This document shows positions 56,825-64,000 of a stretch of DNA of 64,000 nt, in pieces. Position 1 is the first letter of the stretch; each line of letters starts with the position of its first letter. This DNA comes from Candidatus Saccharimonadia bacterium (GTDB lineage: Bacteria; Patescibacteriota; Saccharimonadia; UBA4664). Both the position numbers and the translations under genes were made by a program. The notes beneath the pieces are model-generated. The model was not told where the DNA came from. It saw nothing but the letters and a program-made list of their open reading frames with translations, and did not search any database. Where the stretch lies: assembly GCA_041743505.1 (NCBI GenBank), contig JBGTMQ010000020.1:81099-145098 (forward strand), written 5' to 3'.

Positions 56825-57820
56825 CTACGACTGCTTACGGCAGACGTACTTGACGAAGATCTCAACGATCTTCTCCAACGGGAGCCGGGTCGGCTCCGTG
56901 TTGGGTGCCGTCCGGCTGCCGTTCAACAGGCAGCCAGCCTGCGGGAAGAAGTGCCAGCGGTCGGCTTCGGGGTTGGTCCCCTCTGCGGTCAGCTCGGCTT
57001 CCGTCAGCGTGCAGGTTCCGCCTGCGGCCTCGATCTCAGCGATCCGGATGGCGGCTGCCACCTGGCTGATATCGAGTTGGTTCTTCTCGTTCACGAAGAC
57101 CTGAACCTGGCCTTGGCCGTTCATCTGAATCACGGCAGCCTTGTAGCCACCATGCTCTGAGAACGCATTGGCCTTGGCCCTGTCCTCATCGGTCTCCATA
57201 ACGGCCAGCCGCAACGGCAATCCCTTCTTGCTGGTCTGCTCCAGGTCTACGACCTGAGCTCCTCGTACTGCACGCTTACCACCACGGTGGAATTTCTTGG
57301 CCCGCTGAACGAACGCGTCGATCAGCGTTGTCATGACGTCCATCACGTACTCGGGTTCGTCAGGGAAGGTTTCGTTCAAAGCCTTGATCTGGTCGCCCAG
57401 ATCAAACTTGGAGCCTTTGCCTTCCAGGTCGTGAGCGTTCACGTACGCCAACAGTTCCTTGAGCTCGGGGAGCTCGGAAACCGGCTGGCCACGTAGTGGC
57501 CCACTCTTGATGAAGATGGACTCCGCCACTAGCACAGCAGCGCACTTGCCTTCCACCCGGTCTTGTCCAGGGTAGGGGTGCTCGTTGTACCGGCCTCTGC
57601 CTACGCCGAAAGCGACGTAGTCATTCGGACCGGACAGGTCGAGCGTCCCGGCATCTACGAATTCCCAGTGGGCTTCGATGATGCCGGGGAACATACGCGC
57701 ACCGTACCGGCTGGCGATGTAGAACGCCACCCCCTCGTCAATGTGCGGTTCGAGGTGCGTGATAACACGCTCAACCCGGCGGGGACGGAAGGTCTGGGGA
57801 GGCGTGGAGTTCTGTGTCAT
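56825..57820 (-). CDS. MYG1/DHH-like phosphoesterase
   Basis: ITHLEPHIDE (TH-x3-H-x-DE) and GVG.G.YNEH motifs. Confidence 0.6.
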   Translation of the reverse strand: MTQNSTPPQTFRPRRVERVITHLEPHIDEGVAFYIASRYGARMFPGIIEAHWEFVDAGTLDLSGPNDYVAFGVGRGRYNEHPYPGQDRVEGKCAAVLVAESIFIKSGPLRGQPVSELPELKELLAYVNAHDLEGKGSKFDLGDQIKALNETFPDEPEYVMDVMTTLIDAFVQRAKKFHRGGKRAVRGAQVVDLEQTSKKGLPLRLAVMETDEDRAKANAFSEHGGYKAAVIQMNGQGQVQVFVNEKNQLDISQVAAAIRIAEIEAAGGTCTLTEAELTAEGTNPEADRWHFFPQAGCLLNGSRTAPNTEPTRLPLEKIVEIFVKYVCRKQS

Positions 57821-57960
57821 TACAAATCACATCCAAACTGTCGAGGGGCTGTATCGCACTGAATGCACGATAACTTAACTATTATAGCATAACTGTGATA
57901 AAAATGCAATACTTTTATACCACTCCTGCACAAACATAAGCTTTGTGATAGTCTTAGAGC

Positions 57961-59700
57961 ATGAAAGATAGTGCCCTCTACCTCGAGGTAGACGAGGATA
58001 TCACCTCAGCCATCGATAAACTGACCAAGCTGCCGGAAGATTCGGTGCGGGTTGTGGTGCCCAAACGGTCCACTATGCTCCAAAGCATCATCAATCTGAA
58101 GCTCCTGAAAAAGGCCGCCGAAGATGCCGGCAAAAAGCTGGTCCTGGTTACCGGGGACCGGGTGGCCACAGACCTGGCCGGCCGGGTTGGCCTGGCCGTG
58201 GCGCCGAGCCTTGGCTCTGAGGCGGTGCTGGCCGAAGCCAAGACGCCTGAGCCGCCGGCCGCCGACGAGGTCATTGAGGCCGATGAACCCGACCCGTCCA
58301 AGGAGCCGGCTGAGGCCTTGGTTGCCGCTGGAGGTCAATCGGCTGCGGCCGCTGTCGAGCCAGTCGCTGCCAAATCAGAGGCCAAACGCCCACTAATATT
58401 TGCCCGGCGCAAGCTCGAGGATAAGCCGGCAGCACCGTCGGCCGCCGCGGCCGTCGTGGCCGACCCGGTCAAGGCTGGCAGTCCTGATGCCGCCGACGCC
58501 GCAGCTAGCCCCAAAGTGCCAAACTTCGGCCAGCTGCAACGCCGCTTGCTATGGATCGGGCTGGCTGTAGCATTGGTAGGCGGCTATTGGCTGGCTATGT
58601 ACCTTTTTGCCTCAGCCAAGGTCACGCTCTACGCCATTGGCAGTAAAGTTAACATCGATATGACCTTCGCCGCCGATCCGGGACTCAAGCAAACCGATAC
58701 CGCCAAGGGCGTATTGGCTGGCCAAACAGTCACCTTCAGCAAGGATGTATCGGCCTCATTCACCCCGACCGGGCAAAAAGACGTCGGCACTAAAGCCAGC
58801 GGCACTATGACAGTCAAGAACGAATTCGACGCCAACGCTCATCCGCTCCAGTCCGGCACGCGCTTCCAGGCGCCGGACGGCAAGATGTTCCGGTCCACAG
58901 CCGATATCGTCGTGCCGGGTGCGGTACCGACCATTCAAAACGGTCAATTGGCTTTGAGCCCCGGCACCACCACCGTTAATGTCATCGCCGACCAGAACGG
59001 CGACAGCTACAACGAAGGCCCGGCCAGGTACACAATTCCCGGTCTGCCAGCCAACCAGCAAGCCAAAATTTATGGCCAGGGCGCTCAGATGTCGGGCGGC
59101 ACAAGCAAGGTCGTCACCGTCGTAACGCAGGCCGATGTCGATAAAGCCAAGGCCGAAGCGCTCGCCAAAGACAAAGATGCCGGCCTGCATGATCTGGACG
59201 GGCGCGTTCCCAGCGGCTATATCGGCCTGTCTGGTTCACAAAAGCAAACCACCTCCAGTGCTATCTCCACCCCAGGAGTTGATAACGAAGCCACCACGGC
59301 TACGCTCGCCGTCAAGATTTCCTATACCCAACTCGCCGTCAAGAAATCCGAATACGAAGACTTAGTCGAAGCCAAAGAACAAAAGCAGTTTGGTGATAAC
59401 AGCCAGGTTTATGATGACGGGCTTGATAGCGCCGAGTTGACCGCCAGTCCGCCCGAGGCTTCCGGCCGTCAAACTTTCCAGCTCACCACCGAAGCCTATG
59501 GCGGCGCCAAGCTAGATAAAACCGCCATCGCCACAGCCATTAAAGGCAAAAAATACGGTGACGCCTCCGATGCCGCTACCCAGTATCCGGGCGTGCGCCG
59601 CGCCGAAATCAGTCTTTCGCCTGCCTGGTCTACCCGTCTCCCCGGCCGCGCCAGCCAGATCACCGTTGACATTAAGGTCGCCGACAGCAAGGATAATTAG
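57961..59700 (+). CDS. Bitopic membrane protein with extracellular baseplate-J/gp47-like beta domain
   Basis: N-terminal YLEVDEDITS..VVVPKRS..NLKLLKK domain, TM helix, KASG...V.N..L..GTRF..V.A...G..YN. Confidence 0.75.
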   Translation: MKDSALYLEVDEDITSAIDKLTKLPEDSVRVVVPKRSTMLQSIINLKLLKKAAEDAGKKLVLVTGDRVATDLAGRVGLAVAPSLGSEAVLAEAKTPEPPAADEVIEADEPDPSKEPAEALVAAGGQSAAAAVEPVAAKSEAKRPLIFARRKLEDKPAAPSAAAAVVADPVKAGSPDAADAAASPKVPNFGQLQRRLLWIGLAVALVGGYWLAMYLFASAKVTLYAIGSKVNIDMTFAADPGLKQTDTAKGVLAGQTVTFSKDVSASFTPTGQKDVGTKASGTMTVKNEFDANAHPLQSGTRFQAPDGKMFRSTADIVVPGAVPTIQNGQLALSPGTTTVNVIADQNGDSYNEGPARYTIPGLPANQQAKIYGQGAQMSGGTSKVVTVVTQADVDKAKAEALAKDKDAGLHDLDGRVPSGYIGLSGSQKQTTSSAISTPGVDNEATTATLAVKISYTQLAVKKSEYEDLVEAKEQKQFGDNSQVYDDGLDSAELTASPPEASGRQTFQLTTEAYGGAKLDKTAIATAIKGKKYGDASDAATQYPGVRRAEISLSPAWSTRLPGRASQITVDIKVADSKDN

Positions 59701-59701
59701 G

Positions 59702-60088
59702 ATGAAACGTTACCTCGGCGTCGATTATGGAGCCAAACGGGTCGGCCTGGCCGTCGCCGACAGTGAGGCCAAGCTGGCCCAGCCCCTCACCACCGTCGCG
59801 CCGCACGAGTTGGTGGACACCATCCAGCGTGAGGGGCCGTTTGACGTCATTGTAGTAGGTCTGCCACGCAGCCTGGATGGCAATGACACGCCGCAGACCC
59901 TGGCTGTGCGCCGCTTCACCGACGACCTGCTGGGCCCTTTAAAGGCCGAGGTTATGTTCCAAGACGAAGCCGGCACCTCCAGTCTGGCCGAAGACCGGCT
60001 ACAAGAGGCCGGCAAGCCGTTCAAACCCGAACAGATCGACGCTGAGGCTGCGGCCATCATCCTGCAGGACTACTTGGACCAACCATGA
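59702..60088 (+). CDS. ruvX: YqgF/RuvX resolvase-like nuclease
   Basis: LGVDYG.KRVGLA, VVGLP, QDE..TS, ID..AA.IILQ.YL. Confidence 0.95.
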   Translation: MKRYLGVDYGAKRVGLAVADSEAKLAQPLTTVAPHELVDTIQREGPFDVIVVGLPRSLDGNDTPQTLAVRRFTDDLLGPLKAEVMFQDEAGTSSLAEDRLQEAGKPFKPEQIDAEAAAIILQDYLDQP

Positions 60089-61095
60089 CAATCCGCCAGG
60101 CCCGTTTGCGTCGCCGTCAGACGATACTGTATATCGCCGTGGCCGCGGTGGTTATCTTGTTCCTGGGCGTTTATGGCACCTATCGTCTTGACCTCCAGCC
60201 CGCTGCCGGCTCGGGCGGCTCACAACGGTTTGAAGTCAAGGCAGGGGAGCGGGCGCCGCAAATTGCCACCAGACTCAAAGAAGCCGGCCTTATCCGCAAT
60301 CGCAACGCCTTTTTGACCTATATCAATTTCCACGGCCTTCGCACCCGCCTCAAAGCCGGCGTCTATGCACTGTCACCCACGAAGTCAGGCCAAACCATCG
60401 CCCGGCTTCTAACCGATGGCCGGGTGGATGCCAAGCGGCTAGTAGTACCGGAGGGGTCCAAGCTAGCCGACATCGAACAGCTGGCGGCACGGCATGGTAT
60501 CACAGCCACCGACTTTAAGGCCGCCCTGGCTGCGCCACATTCAGACGCATTCTTGTCAGGCAAGCCGGCCACCGTCAGTCTCGAAGGCTATCTGTTCCCG
60601 GACTCATACCAGATCGAATCGAACACCACGGCTGCCATGCTCGTAAACACCATGCTCAAGACCTTCGGCCAACGGGTCGGGCCGGAATACGTCCGCGCTT
60701 TCGCCGCGCAAGGGTTAACCCTGCACCAGGGTCTAACAGTGGCCTCGATCGTCGAGCGGGAAGTCAGCCGGCCTGAAGACCGCCCGGTCGTCGCTCAAGT
60801 CTTTTTGAAGCGTTTCCGTGAAGGCATAGCCCTAGGCTCCGATCCGACTACCGATTACGCCGCCGCCCTAACAGGTGTGCCCTTCAATCTTTCCCTGGAC
60901 TCGCCCTACAACACCTACCGCTACGCCGGCTTGCCGCCCGGCCCCATTTGTAGCCCGGGCTTGCCGGCCATGGATGCTGTCGCCCGCCCAGCCGATACCA
61001 GCTACTTGTACTTCCTGTCGGATAAAACAGGCAAGACACACTACACCAAGACATTCGCCGAGCACCAACGCAACATTGATAAATACTTGCGATAA
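60085..61095 (+). CDS. mltG: Endolytic transglycosylase
   Basis: LEGYLFPDSY, ASIVERE, L.SDPT, SPYNTY...GLPPGPI.SPG. Confidence 0.95.
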   Translation: MTIRQARLRRRQTILYIAVAAVVILFLGVYGTYRLDLQPAAGSGGSQRFEVKAGERAPQIATRLKEAGLIRNRNAFLTYINFHGLRTRLKAGVYALSPTKSGQTIARLLTDGRVDAKRLVVPEGSKLADIEQLAARHGITATDFKAALAAPHSDAFLSGKPATVSLEGYLFPDSYQIESNTTAAMLVNTMLKTFGQRVGPEYVRAFAAQGLTLHQGLTVASIVEREVSRPEDRPVVAQVFLKRFREGIALGSDPTTDYAAALTGVPFNLSLDSPYNTYRYAGLPPGPICSPGLPAMDAVARPADTSYLYFLSDKTGKTHYTKTFAEHQRNIDKYLR

Positions 61096-61158
61096 TAAAA
61101 AGTCTGTAGCCGGGAAAATAGTTAAGGGCCACTTGTCACACAAGTGGCCCCAGCGTAC

Positions 61159-61512
61159 TTAGTGCTCATTGAGCCGGCTGATGAGAGCGGTCACGGCTGC
61201 CTCGACGAAGCGCTCCGGTTCGGCCTCCAAAAGATCGGGTATCCGCTCGTAAACAGACGATTGGGCTTCGGAGATCGTGGTGTGATCGGTGTAAAGACTG
61301 AAACTGTAATGCTTGTCTCTCTCGGGCGAGTAAACACTGACCTCTACGACATTAAACCACTCGGTTTCAACGCCCCGGCTTTGCGCTTCTTGGCGGAACA
61401 CAGCAACAGCTGCCTGGCCTGCTTCCTGCATCCTTTCCCATATCTTCCGGCGCCGGGCAGTTTCCGTCAGGATCTCTTCCAGCTTCTCCTGGGCAATCTC
61501 GTCATAGGACAT
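61159..61512 (-). CDS. Hypothetical protein
   Basis: GAGGAG SD; TTGACT promoter upstream. Confidence 0.65.
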   Translation of the reverse strand: MSYDEIAQEKLEEILTETARRRKIWERMQEAGQAAVAVFRQEAQSRGVETEWFNVVEVSVYSPERDKHYSFSLYTDHTTISEAQSSVYERIPDLLEAEPERFVEAAVTALISRLNEH

Positions 61513-61641
61513 GCTCGCTCCTCGGGCCTCTGGCTGAACGGTGAACAATGATACAATATTCCATTTTACCATTTAGTCAATGTTAAGCCAGATTGACACC
61601 GAGCTTGTCGCCTACAACTGGCTTACGGTATAGTTCTTCGC

Positions 61642-63483
61642 ATGAACATTGACAAAACGGCAGTACCACAGAGTGGCGACACCTGGGATCTCTCTCCGCT
61701 GGCAGAATATGCCAATGAAGCCGCCCTCCAGCTCGATCAAACCGCCGCCCGCGCTACGGCCGAAGCCTTTGCCGAAAAGTGGGGTGGCCGGTTTTCTGAA
61801 CTCTCCAATTCCGCCATCCTGGCCGAAGCACTCAACGAATATGAGTTGTGGCACGTCCACTATGGTCTCACGCACGATATTGTTGGCGACAGCGGTATCT
61901 ACTGGAAGCTGCGGTCGATGCAAGATTCCGGCGACCAGTTGGTTCAGTCCAAACTAACCGGCATTCGGGCTAATGCCCAATACATTGAGCACCTCCTGTG
62001 CCCATTTGAGCTAGCGATTGGGCAGATCTCGCCCAAATCCCAGGAGCAACTCCTGGCCGCTCCCGAGCTCTCGCGCTATGCCAGTTTCCTGGAGCGCCTG
62101 TTCCAGACAGCCATTGGCCGGCTCAATGCCGATACCGAAGCAGAGCTTGAGGCCTCCTGGCAAAGTGTCCGCTACAACCACATTCTGCCTCTAGCTAATG
62201 CCTTGTCCACCACCACGCCGTTTACCCATTTGCCGGCTGGCCGGACCGGACCGCAGACCGTCACCTCGCTGGTTAATCTCATGAGTGATCCGGACCAAGC
62301 GCTCCGCGACAGTGCCGCGGCCGCCTTCAACTCACTCCTCGTGCGCTTGAGCGGCCAAGCCGCCGAAGAAATGAGTGCTCTAACGTCGCATTGGCGGTAC
62401 GAAAACAAGCTCCGCCGCTTCCGCCGGCCCGACCAAAAGCGCCTTGTCCAAGACCGGCTTCCCGGCGAAGTGATTGACAGCCTGCTCACAACTGTTTCCG
62501 GCCGCTATGACCTCTCGCACCGGTTCTACCGGGTCATGGCCGCCACCCGCGGAGTGTCCCAGATCAAATATCACGAGCGCTACATTCGGATGGGCAAGCC
62601 TAGGCAGACCTACACTTGGCCCGAGGCCCGCCATCTCATCGAAACTACCTATGCCGCCGTTGACCCCCAGTTCGGGCACATAGTTAGGCAAATGGGCGAA
62701 CAAGGCCTAATAGATGTGTATCCCCGGGCCGGCAAGTCTACAATCGAAAAGTGTGACTACTTCAAGCCGGCCCTACCGCCATTTGTGTCACTTCTGTTTG
62801 CCGGCTCACCGCTCGATGTAGTGGTATCGGGCCACGAACTAGCCCACATGCTCCACGCTGAACTGATGAAGCCGCCTCGCATAATTCTCGACTATGGCAC
62901 ACCTGCTTGGATGATAGAATTGCCCGCCATGTTTTTCGAGCGGTATTTCTGGGACCGGCTTATCCAGGCAGCCGACCTGGAAACCCGTTTTGCCTTGCTG
63001 GCAGAGCGCTGCAGCCGGTTTATTGCCATGGTGTTCCGTCAGGTTGCCGGATACCAGTTCGAACAACAACTTCATAGCGAAGCTTGGCGTCATGAGCCGA
63101 GGGAAATCGGCGGCCTGTTCCAGCGCGAAATGGCGGCCTACATGGGACCGGCAGTCGAGCAATCCATCTTCTCGCACAACTGGTGGATCCATTGGCCCCA
63201 CCTGCGCACACCGTTCTACAACAGTGCCTACCCGCTGGGGATGCTAATCTCCAGCGCCATGCACGCGCGGCTTGCCGCTGACTCCGTATACCTCGAACGG
63301 ATCAAAGACTTCCTCGCTATCGGCCTCTCGGCGCCGTTCTCCAGGGTGCTCGAGGGACTCGACCTGAAGGTCGAAGGACTTTGGACCACCGGCCTTACCG
63401 AGATCGAAACACTGCTCAATGAGCTGGAGGCGCTTGGCCAAACTTTGGGTTACCTTGAATCCAGGGTTCTCGCCACCGCCTAG
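61642..63483 (+). CDS. pepF: M3B oligoendopeptidase F-like
   Basis: WDLSPL, IDVYPR.GK, HELAH, E..AMF.E, W...PH...PFY..AY. Confidence 0.88.
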   Translation: MNIDKTAVPQSGDTWDLSPLAEYANEAALQLDQTAARATAEAFAEKWGGRFSELSNSAILAEALNEYELWHVHYGLTHDIVGDSGIYWKLRSMQDSGDQLVQSKLTGIRANAQYIEHLLCPFELAIGQISPKSQEQLLAAPELSRYASFLERLFQTAIGRLNADTEAELEASWQSVRYNHILPLANALSTTTPFTHLPAGRTGPQTVTSLVNLMSDPDQALRDSAAAAFNSLLVRLSGQAAEEMSALTSHWRYENKLRRFRRPDQKRLVQDRLPGEVIDSLLTTVSGRYDLSHRFYRVMAATRGVSQIKYHERYIRMGKPRQTYTWPEARHLIETTYAAVDPQFGHIVRQMGEQGLIDVYPRAGKSTIEKCDYFKPALPPFVSLLFAGSPLDVVVSGHELAHMLHAELMKPPRIILDYGTPAWMIELPAMFFERYFWDRLIQAADLETRFALLAERCSRFIAMVFRQVAGYQFEQQLHSEAWRHEPREIGGLFQREMAAYMGPAVEQSIFSHNWWIHWPHLRTPFYNSAYPLGMLISSAMHARLAADSVYLERIKDFLAIGLSAPFSRVLEGLDLKVEGLWTTGLTEIETLLNELEALGQTLGYLESRVLATA

Positions 63484-63595
63484 AATTGCCCGGACTAACT
63501 GATTTATCATCAGCTAGTCCGGGCGCTTTTTTGCCCAAAAGAAAGCGGCCAACCCCGGATGGGGCTGGCCTTGTAGCCGGACGACTGAGTAGGTC

Positions 63596-63805
63596 TCAGG
63601 CGTAGTCATCCTGGTAGGCGATGGCTTCAGCCAAGGATTCTGAAAACGAATCCAAGACCGCATCGGCCGCCCCACTTGGCACGCAATCGCGGCAGCTGTC
63701 GCAGTACGTGATGCCGTCTCCCAGCTGGACGATCACCGTGGCCGGCTTGCCGCAGGCACACGTGTTATCATACGGCGGCAGGTGCCACCCAACGATCCTG
63801 ACCAT
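63596..63805 (-). CDS. Small Zn-finger-like protein
   Basis: AAGGAG SD; C.CG.PA..YCDSC..C. Confidence 0.6.
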   Translation of the reverse strand: MVRIVGWHLPPYDNTCACGKPATVIVQLGDGITYCDSCRDCVPSGAADAVLDSFSESLAEAIAYQDDYA

Positions 63806-64000
63806 CGCTGCTCCTTACCCGACCCTTTGTTGGCGGTTGCCATAGCATAGAAAACTTAGGAGAAGTATCTGCTAGCAGCGTGGCTGGAACATCAAAACGG
63901 TATACTATTTTGGCGATAAAGTCAACGAGCAGACAGCTTAATCGCCATGTCGCCAATATCACGCCGGTAATGCATGCCTTCAAAATGAATCAGCGACACA

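Noticed and set aside
57961-59700. Prophage or contractile tail locus suggested by the baseplate-J-like domain
   Set aside because: The protein is membrane-anchored, coupled to ruvX-mltG, and has no phage structural neighbours.
1-64000. Alternative genetic code 25 (TGA=Gly) as in Gracilibacteria/Absconditabacteria
   Set aside because: Core genes are full length under code 11, and TGA terminates genes at expected positions, including ATGA overlaps.

Overview
This is a 64 kb bacterial chromosome segment in genetic code 11, with most genes on the + strand. Gene content points to Patescibacteria/CPR, probably Saccharimonadia; this is an inference from the short AlaRS, the ftsA-like/baseplate-J-like/ruvX/mltG block, the Rpf-like G5 protein and the leaderless core genes. 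Core genes are pyk, pgk, tpiA, pcrA, rsmA, metG, tatD, iscS, mnmA, alaS, pyrH, ftsA-like, ruvX, mltG and pepF. They are separated by many small self-contained accessory units (promoter, SD, ORF, terminator), often as tandem paralog pairs. I found no rRNA, tRNA, CRISPR array, integrase or transposase. Main unexplained signals: (1) six dispersed 100-120 bp intergenic elements, each with two 19-bp TACT-N11-AGTA quasi-palindromes around a central CTACACTAAGCC-like motif, at fixed or near-helically phased spacing, with arm sequences that match within an element but differ between loci; (2) three stand-alone RNA polymerase alpha-CTD-like proteins resembling actinobacterial RpoA, in an accessory region marked by repeated copies of the pcrA 3' end; (3) an actinobacterial-type pyrH convergent with the native pyrH; (4) an AT-rich in-frame patch inside alaS; (5) an apparent CTG start for iscS; (6) an RLR leader peptide upstream of a decayed GNAT gene. 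All homology calls are by motif recognition; no database searches were run.
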